DNA of 27,486 bases from IMG/VR virus record IMGVR_UViG_3300011215_000019, positions 62,001 to 89,486 of that record; one strand, given 5' to 3'. The DNA is from an uncultured virus (IMG/VR IMGVR_UViG_3300011215_000019). Taxonomy: Duplodnaviria > Heunggongvirae > Uroviricota > Caudoviricetes. Below are positions 1 to 7,417 of the stretch, one piece after another (the first letter of the stretch is position 1; each line of letters opens with the position of its first letter). The position numbers and the translations under genes are program-made. The notes under the pieces were generated by a model. The model was given only the letters and a program-made list of their open reading frames with translations. It did not search any database and was not told where the DNA came from.

Positions 1-1
1 C

Positions 2-139
2 GGCCTCGGAGCAATCGCTTACAGCATCGGAGCATCGTTCGAAAACCGGCAAAAGCACCAGCGCGAACAAAAAGCCCTAAAAGACATGCAAGCCGTAGTC
101 GATAGGCACGAAAAGTGGAGAAAGGAACGAGGACTATGA
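2..139 (+). CDS. 3' end of a small hypothetical phage gene (partial)
   Basis: Open frame GLGAIAYSIGASFENRQKHQREQKALKDMQAVVDRHEKWRKERGL*; its TGA (137-139) overlaps the next ATG (136) as ATGA. Confidence 0.6.
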   Translation, partial: GLGAIAYSIGASFENRQKHQREQKALKDMQAVVDRHEKWRKERGL

Positions 140-330
140 CCACCAGGAAATTGTGCGACTCAATCAGCACCCAAGGAACTTTCACCACCGCCGAACTACG
201 AGCGGTACTCGAAGGCAAACCAGACAACGCCAAAGTCAACATCGAGACATTTCGCGGCGACCCACGCGACCCCCGCGAGGCCGGATACAAGAAAACAGTT
301 ATCACCGTCGAATGGGAAGTGGAGATATGA
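136..330 (+). CDS. Hypothetical phage protein
   Basis: ATG 136 (MTTRKLCD...) after GAGG; ATGA overlaps at both ends. Confidence 0.7.
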   Translation: MTTRKLCDSISTQGTFTTAELRAVLEGKPDNAKVNIETFRGDPRDPREAGYKKTVITVEWEVEI

Positions 331-653
331 GCCAACGATTCACTGACGCAGAACTCGCCGCAGAGTTCTGGTTCGCAACAGGTGAATTCAACGCCGGAAC
401 CGAAGGACTAAACGCCGAATGGTTCGGAGGCGAAACCCGATTCACCCGCAACGACGAACTACGAGCACAAGCTCAAGTTGAAACCTTGAAACGCTTCGCC
501 ATGCTCCCACACGCGCAGGATGAACCGGGATCGCATGTCTTCCAATGCAAGAACTGTGCCGAACGCTGGGAAACAGACGACGAGAAAAGGTTGAACATTT
601 TCGCCCGAAACCACCAATACCTCGCGCACGACTACTGGAAGGAAAACCAGTGA
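327..653 (+). CDS. Hypothetical protein with C-terminal CxxC...HxxxxH zinc-finger-like motif
   Basis: Start re-called at ATG 327 (MSQRFTDAEL) from ATGA coupling and upstream GGAG; CKNC...HQYLAH. Confidence 0.7.
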   Translation: MSQRFTDAELAAEFWFATGEFNAGTEGLNAEWFGGETRFTRNDELRAQAQVETLKRFAMLPHAQDEPGSHVFQCKNCAERWETDDEKRLNIFARNHQYLAHDYWKENQ

Positions 654-781
654 TCCTCGCTATCGTCGGATGCCTCATCGCCACACTCGCCATCATCACC
701 GCACTACTCGCCATCGCCTGCGTCCAACCCGAACCCACCAAACCAAAACCTTGTGAAAACAAGTACAAGGACAAACCATGA
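650..781 (+). CDS. Small single-TM membrane protein
   Basis: GTGA overlap at 650-653; hydrophobic run ILAIVGCLIATLAIITALLAIAC followed by a basic tail. Confidence 0.6.
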   Translation: MILAIVGCLIATLAIITALLAIACVQPEPTKPKPCENKYKDKP

Positions 782-1119
782 ACCAACGCCGCGGAGGATG
801 CCCAACCACCGGCAAAGCAATGTTCTGGACCCGCGACCAAGCCAAACAATTCAAACGCCGCCACGAATACCGCAACCTCACCATATTCAAATGTGCTGAC
901 TGCGGATACTTCCACCTCGGCGGCAACCACGGCGAACAATCCAGACACGCACACCGCAACGGAATCGGCATGACACCAATCCCCGAAGCCGCACGAATGC
1001 TCGCCGTCTCCCAACAAGTCATCCGCCTCATCATCCAATCAGGCAAAGCACACGGAGACAGCGACAACATCCGAACCACAGACCTAACCCAACTACAAGA
1101 AGCGATGTACCGAACATGA
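778..1119 (+). CDS. Zinc-finger plus HTH (excisionase/MerR-like) DNA-binding protein
   Basis: C...K.F.T...A...FKCADCGYFHL, then IPEAARMLAVSQQVIRLIIQSGK HTH-like segment. Confidence 0.6.
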   Translation: MNQRRGGCPTTGKAMFWTRDQAKQFKRRHEYRNLTIFKCADCGYFHLGGNHGEQSRHAHRNGIGMTPIPEAARMLAVSQQVIRLIIQSGKAHGDSDNIRTTDLTQLQEAMYRT

Positions 1120-1316
1120 ACATCACCGCAAAAGAACTCTACGGAAAACCAGCGCGTGACTACAGGTCGCTATACGAAGCAGCAAAAGTGATCTTAGAAA
1201 TCCGCGAACACGAACTGATCCAAGCTTTAGGCCACTGCGACAACTCCAAGTGCAACCTGCATCGGAGACATGTTGGACAGTGCAACACCCCAATCACCAT
1301 CCAGGAGGGGCAGTGA
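1116..1316 (+). CDS. Hypothetical Cys/His-rich protein
   Basis: ATGA overlap; CDNSKCNLHRRHVGQC. Confidence 0.65.
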   Translation: MNITAKELYGKPARDYRSLYEAAKVILEIREHELIQALGHCDNSKCNLHRRHVGQCNTPITIQEGQ

Positions 1317-1549
1317 GCAAGACGCGCACCACAGCAGGCGAACTCATCGCCATGCTCAGCGAACTAGAACCAAACACACACGTCTACGTCGACATCGGCT
1401 CCCACGACTGGGAAGAATCAGACGCAATCGAACTCCGCACCACACAAGGGAGCGTCTACGGTAACAAGCGCAACGGCGACGTGCACCTCGCCGGACTAAC
1501 AGCCGAAGACGTGGAATGGCGCAACACCATCGAAGGAGAAGCGCTGTGA
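1313..1549 (+). CDS. Hypothetical phage protein
   Basis: GTG 1313 (VSKTRTTAGEL) with AGGAGG RBS and GTGA overlap. Confidence 0.7.
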   Translation: MSKTRTTAGELIAMLSELEPNTHVYVDIGSHDWEESDAIELRTTQGSVYGNKRNGDVHLAGLTAEDVEWRNTIEGEAL

Positions 1550-2133
1550 CCCTACGTTCTCTCGCGCAAGAACTATGCGAACCGCACCTAACCATGATCG
1601 GTGAACGCATCGGCAAAGTACCTGGACTCATCGCCGAACTCAGGGAAGCAGTTAGTGGGTCATCGGACACCGGAAGCGGTGGCAGCAGTTCCAAGGCACG
1701 CATCCTCGTAGACGCATCAGCCCTAGACCTACTCAACGACATCACCGACGAAGTCCGCATCGCCTACGCCAACCGATACCAAGATGCAGCACCAAACCTC
1801 GAACAATGCATCACCAAAATCAGTCAGGACACACACGAACCAGACTGGGAAACAACACTCGAAGGAATACTGAAATGGGCTAAGGATGAGATCGATACAT
1901 ACCTTCGCCCAAAGAAACTACGCAGACTCGACGGCGTAACCTGCCCCTCCTGCGGACAAGCAACCTACAGCGAAGACCGACTCACCGCACTCTACGTAGA
2001 CTGCTGGGCAGACAACGACAACCTCAAACCACACCAAGAATGGAGCGTCGAATGCAAAGCCTGTGAAACGCACTGGACAGGAACAAACGAAATCAAATGG
2101 GTACTAGTTGCACTGACCGCGAGCACCTGTTAA
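1546..2133 (+). CDS. Cys4 zinc-ribbon protein; putative late-gene regulator (by position)
   Basis: GTG 1546 with AAGGAG RBS; CPSC and CKAC motifs; last gene before the late promoter/terminator. Confidence 0.6.
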   Translation: MTLRSLAQELCEPHLTMIGERIGKVPGLIAELREAVSGSSDTGSGGSSSKARILVDASALDLLNDITDEVRIAYANRYQDAAPNLEQCITKISQDTHEPDWETTLEGILKWAKDEIDTYLRPKKLRRLDGVTCPSCGQATYSEDRLTALYVDCWADNDNLKPHQEWSVECKACETHWTGTNEIKWVLVALTASTC

Positions 2134-2136
2134 TCT
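2108..2136 (+). promoter_or_regulatory. Putative late promoter (SigA-type, extended -10)
   Basis: TTGCAC (2108-2113), 17 nt, TAATCT (2131-2136), with TG at 2128-2129. Confidence 0.55.
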
Positions 2137-2171
2137 GGTACCAGCTGCGGATACGTGTACCCACAGTCAGA

Positions 2172-2202
2172 AGCTTCAACCAAAAGGTTGGGGCTATTTT
2201 TT
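2172..2202 (+). terminator. Intrinsic terminator just downstream of the late promoter
   Basis: AGCTTCAACC-AAAA-GGTTGGGGCT followed by ATTTTTT. Confidence 0.65.
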
Positions 2203-2357
2203 ATGCCCTCGAACAGGGCAGACCCCCGGACGCTGGCCACCGGGCGAACAAGCCAGCACCCCCAGCGCAGACCTTCCCCCAATGAAGTGTGCGCAACAAG
2301 CCGTGCAGACCCTCGGTGGACACCGAGACTGCACGCAACGGTTCCTTGCGAGGAACC

Positions 2358-2430
2358 AGCGCTGTAGCTCAGCAGTAGAGCAGGTCTTCGAAAACGGACT
2401 TGGACGCAGGTGCAATTCCTGCCAGCGCAC
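2358..2430 (+). tRNA. Atypical or pseudo tRNA with 8-nt anticodon loop (identity ambiguous)
   Basis: Acceptor GCGCTG/CAGCGC, D-arm GCTC-AGCAGTA-GAGC, T-stem GCAGG/CCTGC; T-loop TGCAATT, A1:A72 mismatch, no CCA. Confidence 0.6.
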
Positions 2431-2509
2431 GACCGTCCGACCGGAACACGGAGGACGACCACACCCGCGAAGATAAAGCCGGAGACCTTGGGCCGGACGC
2501 AGCGGGCAA

Positions 2510-2585
2510 TGACCATTAGCTCAGCAGGCAGAGCACCTCACTGTTAATGAGGACGTCGCAGGTTCGAACCCTGCATGGTCAGCCA
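2510..2585 (+). tRNA. tRNA-Asn(GTT)
   Basis: Complete 76-nt cloverleaf: TGACCAT/ATGGTCA, CCTCA-CTGTTAA-TGAGG (anticodon 2543-2545), GCAGG-TTCGAAC-CCTGC, discriminator G, encoded CCA. Confidence 0.95.
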
Positions 2586-2700
2586 ACACAAAGACCCAAC
2601 AACCATTGGGGTTGAGGTGCAGCAACTGGACTACACCAACGCCGGGCCCCGGCAGACCGGACACTACCGGGGCCTAGCAATAAGCCCGTATGGTAAGGGT

Positions 2701-2856
2701 ATGAACAACACTCGCATCGACTTCTACAAGCCAAACCGGTACGTACTCACATGCAGATACTGTGGACAAATCAGTGAGAACACAGGCGACGATGACCTTC
2801 TCACTTACTTACAGCGCGACCACGAAGAGTCTTGCCCAGGTCCACAAGCACCATAG
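2701..2856 (+). CDS. Small zinc-finger-like protein (51 aa)
   Basis: ATG 2701; CRYC...HEESC. The longer ORF-track start (2575) lies inside the tRNA. Confidence 0.5.
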   Translation: MNNTRIDFYKPNRYVLTCRYCGQISENTGDDDLLTYLQRDHEESCPGPQAP

Positions 2857-2863
2857 AACAAGC

Positions 2864-2895
2864 AAAGCCCATCACCCTCACAGGTGGTGGGCTTT
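2864..2895 (+). terminator. Stem-loop, terminator-like
   Basis: AAAGCCCATCACC-CTCACA-GGTGGTGGGCTTT. Confidence 0.45.
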
Positions 2896-2918
2896 ACTCA
2901 TGCGCCAAGGCGGTGAAC

Positions 2919-3188
2919 ATGGCAACAGAGCGCAACAAGAACAACGCACAACGCTTCCGCAAAGTCATCGCCAAAACAAAAGCCAACTGCCACATCTGCG
3001 GCAAACCAATCGACTACACACTCCCACACCTAGACCCAGGCGCATTCGTAGTAGACCACATCAAACCCCTCAAACTAGGCGGCACCGACACACTCAACAA
3101 CACAGCCGCAGCACACCGCGAATGCAACTCCAAAAAACGAGCCCGAGCCTACGCACCAATCATCCGACGCTCCGGCTCACTCCAATAA
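2919..3188 (+). CDS. HNH endonuclease (terminase-associated)
   Basis: CHICG...VVDHIKP...GGTD.LNN...AHRECN; immediately upstream of terS, as in cos phages. Confidence 0.92.
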   Translation: MATERNKNNAQRFRKVIAKTKANCHICGKPIDYTLPHLDPGAFVVDHIKPLKLGGTDTLNNTAAAHRECNSKKRARAYAPIIRRSGSLQ

Positions 3189-3300
3189 ACACCACGGGGG
3201 GCACCCCCTACAGCCCAGCCCCCAAGCCCTCCGGGGTCAGGAAGAATCTCTCCCCGACATTTTTTCCACCAACGCTTTTTCAGAATCGAGGTGTTTCGTT
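3189..3300. other. Probable cos (cohesive end/packaging) region; candidate overhang near 3228-3238 (CCTCCGGGGTC)
   Basis: Intergenic between HNH and terS; GGGGGGCACCCCC palindrome, G/C runs and T-tracts; strand composition flips here. The exact overhang is inference. Confidence 0.55.
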
Positions 3301-3600
3301 ATGGCTGATCGACCTTCTTTGAGGGCGGTTTCTGATGGCGAGAAGCCATCGAAGCCGGCGAAGACGTTGACGGTTTCTGAAGCGGCTAAGGGTGGTTCGG
3401 CTCGTGATCTGCTGGTTGCTACTCGTGACCGTATTGCCTTAGCTGTTGAGAATGAATCGACTCCTGCCCGTGATCTCGCTGCTTTGACGAAGCGGTTGAT
3501 GGAGACGGTTCGGGAGATTGAGGCGATTGATGCACGGGCCTTGGAAGAGGGGTCTAGTGAAGAAGTCACCGACGGGGAGTTCGACGCAGAAGCGGTCTGA
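3301..3600 (+). CDS. Terminase small subunit
   Basis: GAGG RBS; helical ARDLAALTKRLMET motif typical of actinophage TerS; directly upstream of TerL. Confidence 0.8.
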   Translation: MADRPSLRAVSDGEKPSKPAKTLTVSEAAKGGSARDLLVATRDRIALAVENESTPARDLAALTKRLMETVREIEAIDARALEEGSSEEVTDGEFDAEAV

Positions 3601-5053
3601 TGCTCCGAAGTTGTCTGAGGTTGCGCGTGAGTTGGTGATCCCGAAGGGGATTGTGACTACGGCGTGGCCGCGGGTTGTTGCGAAGTGCGCTGAGATGGGC
3701 GTGAAGTTCGATTCGTGGCAGCACGGTATCGGCATGGTTGCTTTGGGTAAGCGCAAGGATGGGAAGTACGCGGCCACTGTGGGTGGCGTGGTGCTTTCGA
3801 TTCCGCGGCAGGTCGGCAAGACGTTCCTGGTCGGCATGATCATCATTGCGTTGTGTGTGATTCACCCGAATTTCAAGGTGTTGTGGACTGCGCACCGTAC
3901 CCGTACTGCGTCGATGACTTTCACTTCTTTGCAGGGCATGGTCCGTAAGAAGAAGATTTGGCCTCATGTGCTGGCGATTCGTACGTCGAATGGTGAGCAG
4001 GAGATCCGTTTCCGTAATGGTTCGGTCATCATGTTTGGTGCTCGCGAGCAGGGCTTTGGTCGTGGTTTCGATCAGGTCGATATTGAAGTTTTTGATGAGG
4101 CGCAGATCCTCACGGAGAAGGCGCTGGAAGATATGGTGCCGGCTGCGAACGCTTCGAAGCATGAGGCCGGTGCGTTGCTGTTCTTCATGGGCACGCCGCC
4201 TCGCCCGTCGGATCCTGGTGAGGAATTCAGCAATCGTCGGGCTAAGGCGAAGTCTGGCAAGTCTACGGACATGGTGTACGTGGAGTTGTCGGCTGATGAT
4301 GATGCTGATCCTGATGATCTTGAGCAGGTTTCTAAGGCTAATCCGTCGTTTCCTCATCGGACGCCGGTTGAGTCGATTCTGCGTATGCGGGAGAACTTGA
4401 CTGATGATGATTCGTTCAAGCGTGAAGCTTTGGGCATTTGGGATGCTGAGGATTCTTCACGGGTTATCGATGAGATCTCGTGGAACCGTGCTGCTGATCC
4501 TGCGTCGATGGCTATTGAGCGGTTGACGATTGCCCTCGATGTTCCTCCTAGCCGTTCTAACGCGTCTGTGTCGCTGTCTGGGCAACGTCCTGACGGGCGT
4601 TGGCATGTGGAGCTTGATGACACTCGTAAGGGCGTTGATTGGGTGATCCCGTGGGTGAAGTCCCGTGCGGAGAAGAACCGTTTGCATGCGGTCGTTGCCG
4701 ATGAGATGTGCGGCCTTGTGGAGGAACGCAAGGGTAAGCATTATCTGATCGGCACAGACATTGTCGTGACTTTGGCCGCGGCGGAAGGGCGTGACATGTC
4801 GATTGCGTGCGCGAAGTATTACGACTGCATTGTGGATGGGTCGCTGTTCCATGTTGATCAGCCGCAGGTTAATACGGCGTTGTCGGTGGCGACGAAGCGT
4901 CCTCTGGCTGGTGGTTGGGCGTGGAACCGTAAGGATGCCGCGTCGGACATCACGCCGATTGTTTCTCAGACTCTTGCCCTGTGGGGCGCTCAAAATGACA
5001 ACGTGAATCGTCCTCAGCGGCGTTCTGGCGGCAGGAAGGCTGTGGTGCTTTGA
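3518..5053 (+). CDS. Terminase large subunit (start uncertain: 3518, 3530 or 3611)
   Basis: Walker A IPRQVGKT, Walker B VFDEAQ, MGTPP coupling motif, C-terminal nuclease acidic residues (ALDV, DITP). Confidence 0.95.
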   Translation: MRRLMHGPWKRGLVKKSPTGSSTQKRSDAPKLSEVARELVIPKGIVTTAWPRVVAKCAEMGVKFDSWQHGIGMVALGKRKDGKYAATVGGVVLSIPRQVGKTFLVGMIIIALCVIHPNFKVLWTAHRTRTASMTFTSLQGMVRKKKIWPHVLAIRTSNGEQEIRFRNGSVIMFGAREQGFGRGFDQVDIEVFDEAQILTEKALEDMVPAANASKHEAGALLFFMGTPPRPSDPGEEFSNRRAKAKSGKSTDMVYVELSADDDADPDDLEQVSKANPSFPHRTPVESILRMRENLTDDDSFKREALGIWDAEDSSRVIDEISWNRAADPASMAIERLTIALDVPPSRSNASVSLSGQRPDGRWHVELDDTRKGVDWVIPWVKSRAEKNRLHAVVADEMCGLVEERKGKHYLIGTDIVVTLAAAEGRDMSIACAKYYDCIVDGSLFHVDQPQVNTALSVATKRPLAGGWAWNRKDAASDITPIVSQTLALWGAQNDNVNRPQRRSGGRKAVVL

Positions 5054-6465
5054 CGTACGAAATGATGACCGTGCCTGGCCTGACTGAATCTGAGAATGAC
5101 ACTCTGAATCGTCTTGCTGAAAAGTTGGTCAGTAAGCAGGATCGCAACCTTTTGCGCGCTTCATACTATGACGGTAAGCGTGCAGCGAAGATGGTTGGAA
5201 CCGTCATCCCGCCACAGTATTCACAAATTGGCTTGGCTCTCGGTTGGGCTGCAAAGGGTGTGGACGGTCTAGCGCGTCGTTGCAACTTGGAGCAGATGAT
5301 CTGGACCGATGGGGACCTTGACTCACTTGGCATGAAAGAGCTGACGGATAGCAATTTCTTGCTGTCTGAGATTTCTCAGGCCGAAACTGATTCTTTGATC
5401 AATGGCGTCTCGTATCTGATTACCACAAAGGGTGATGAGTCGGCCGGCGAACCGAAGGCTTTGGTTCACACTAAAGATGCGCTGAACGCGTTTGGCGAGT
5501 GGAACGCTCGAACTCGCAAGCTGGATAATCTGCTTTCGGTTACTGACCGCGAGAATGGCAAGATTTCCGGCTTTGTGCTGTACCTGAACAATTTGACCAT
5601 CAGCGCCGAGAAGAGCGGCGGCCTGTGGAAGGTTGACCATTCGGAGCATAGTTACGGCGTTCCTGCCGAACCATTGATTTACCGGCCTCGTGGTTCGCGT
5701 CGGTTGGGCCGCTCGCGCATTAGTCGTCCTGTGATGTCATTCCAGGATTCGGCGTTGAAGTCCTTGGTTCGCATTGAGGCTCACATGGACGTCTACACGA
5801 TTCCGAAACTGATCCTCCTTGGCGGCGATGACTCGATTTTCAAGAATGCCGATGGAACCGCGAAAGCTTCGTGGCAGTTGGCCCTTGGGCGCGTCTTCGG
5901 TATTCCTGACGATGAAGAAGCGGCCCCCGGCAATGAGCGCGCTGATGTGAAGCAGTTCGATGCGCAGTCGCCCGAGTCTCATTTGGCGCAGTTGAATGCT
6001 CTGGCGAAGCTGATGGCACGTGAGACGGATCTTCCTGATTCTGATTTCGCGTTGACTGACATGGCTAACCCGACTAGCGCGGACGCTTACAGCGCATCAC
6101 GAGAGAACCTTATCGCTGAAGCTGAAGGCGCGATGAATGATTGGTCGGTGTCGATTCGTCGTACCGTTACGCGTGCTTTGGCAATGCAGAATGGCGAGGT
6201 TTCGATCCCGGATTCTTGGCGTTCGATTGATACGAAGTGGCGTTCGCCTGTGTATTTGTCGAAGGCTGCTGCGGCTGATGCTGGTTCTAAGCAGTTGGGC
6301 GCGGTGCCTTGGCTCGCTGAGACGGAGGTTGGGCTTGAGCTTCTGGGGTTGGATGAGCAGCAGATTCGTCGTGCGATGGCTGAGAAGCGTCGTGCGGTTG
6401 GACGCGAGGTGGTTCTAGGAACCCTGGCTAAGGCGGTTGCTGATGGTAACGGCGAGGGAGTCTAA
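5050..6465 (+). CDS. Portal protein (SPP1 gp6-like)
   Basis: YYDGK, LGWAAKGVD and GRSRISRPV motifs; follows TerL with TTGA overlap. Confidence 0.93.
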   Translation: MTYEMMTVPGLTESENDTLNRLAEKLVSKQDRNLLRASYYDGKRAAKMVGTVIPPQYSQIGLALGWAAKGVDGLARRCNLEQMIWTDGDLDSLGMKELTDSNFLLSEISQAETDSLINGVSYLITTKGDESAGEPKALVHTKDALNAFGEWNARTRKLDNLLSVTDRENGKISGFVLYLNNLTISAEKSGGLWKVDHSEHSYGVPAEPLIYRPRGSRRLGRSRISRPVMSFQDSALKSLVRIEAHMDVYTIPKLILLGGDDSIFKNADGTAKASWQLALGRVFGIPDDEEAAPGNERADVKQFDAQSPESHLAQLNALAKLMARETDLPDSDFALTDMANPTSADAYSASRENLIAEAEGAMNDWSVSIRRTVTRALAMQNGEVSIPDSWRSIDTKWRSPVYLSKAAAADAGSKQLGAVPWLAETEVGLELLGLDEQQIRRAMAEKRRAVGREVVLGTLAKAVADGNGEGV

Positions 6466-7330
6466 GGCGGCGCTAACGCTCGTTACAACGGCGAGCGTTA
6501 GCGCTGTGGTGTCTTTGTTCAATGAAACGTACGCACAGCCTGAGGCGCAACGTGCGGCCCTGCTAGAGGCGGTTCCTGGTGCCATTGAGTATTACGCGTA
6601 CGGTGCTGCGGCGTTGGCTGCTGATTTCTACGACGATGAGCGTGAAAGGGAAGCCGCGCCGAAGCTATACATTGCCGAGCCGGTGATTGCTGATCGCGTG
6701 GTGAATATTCGTCGGGCGGTGGCTTGGGCTTCTGAACCTCTGTTCACGGATGATACGGCTGGTTCGGTGTCTCGCTTAGCTGAGGTCGTCTCATTGGAGA
6801 CTGCCCGGCCTTACCGTGACACGATTCTGACTAATCGACGGAGGGATCCTTCTGCGGTCGGTTGGCGGCGTATTACGCGTGGTGCTAAAAGTTGCCGGTT
6901 TTGCCGGATGCTCGCGGATCGTGGCGCTGTCTACATGGATTCGACAGCGCGTTTCGCAGCTCATTCGGCCTGTCAGTGCACGGCTCAGCCGGTGTTCTCA
7001 TCGAGTGATTTCGGTGAGGAAGCCAGCGTCATGCAATACATGGCCAGTAAGCGTAAGCGTTCAGCGTTGCAGAAAGAGCAACTACGCAACTACTTGGACG
7101 AGCACTTCCCAGAAGGCCGCGCCAAGTCGTACACGCCGCAAACGGCGAAGCTGAAATCCGCGGGCTTGAGTGCTGAGGATAAGCAGGTTCGGCTACGCGC
7201 CCAGCTTTCCTCTCTGGAAAAGTCGTTGCCTAACCTGCGTGATCGTGCTGCTGCTGGCGAGGATCTTTCGCAGGCGATCAAGTGGCAAGAGAACCGCATT
7301 TCTGTCCTGCGCACTGAGCTGGGCAAGTAA
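6437..7330 (+). CDS. MuF-like head morphogenesis / capsid maturation protein (start may be ATG 6443)
   Basis: WRRI...CRFCRMLADRGAVY...AHSACQCTAQP motif; located between portal and scaffold. Confidence 0.82.
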   Translation: MLMVTARESKAALTLVTTASVSAVVSLFNETYAQPEAQRAALLEAVPGAIEYYAYGAAALAADFYDDEREREAAPKLYIAEPVIADRVVNIRRAVAWASEPLFTDDTAGSVSRLAEVVSLETARPYRDTILTNRRRDPSAVGWRRITRGAKSCRFCRMLADRGAVYMDSTARFAAHSACQCTAQPVFSSSDFGEEASVMQYMASKRKRSALQKEQLRNYLDEHFPEGRAKSYTPQTAKLKSAGLSAEDKQVRLRAQLSSLEKSLPNLRDRAAAGEDLSQAIKWQENRISVLRTELGK

Positions 7331-7417
7331 CAAAGTTTCCCCATGTGGGGTGAGCGCTACGGTCGCGCTTCAAGACCGGTCAAACGATGTCCGACGGGAC
7401 AGAAACGGGGAAATCCG

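Noticed and set aside
442..1038. Long minus-strand ORFs over the early genes, and similar ones across terL, capsid and tape measure
   Set aside because: Antisense shadows of well-coupled plus-strand genes; no RBS or recognisable motifs
2358..2430. Idea that the 8-nt-loop tRNA drives the tail chaperone frameshift
   Set aside because: That shift is -1 on a standard slippery heptamer, whereas expanded loops promote +1 shifts
2097..2516. Several 60-130 aa ORFs in the late leader
   Set aside because: They overlap the terminator, hairpins and tRNA genes, with no RBS or protein-like features
2590..2700. Possible third tRNA
   Set aside because: Hairpins are present, but no D-arm/T-arm consensus or cloverleaf could be built
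3518..3610. Possible TerS-TerL frameshift fusion suggested by the ORF overlap
   Set aside because: No slippery heptamer seen; alternative starts (3530, 3611) explain the overlap
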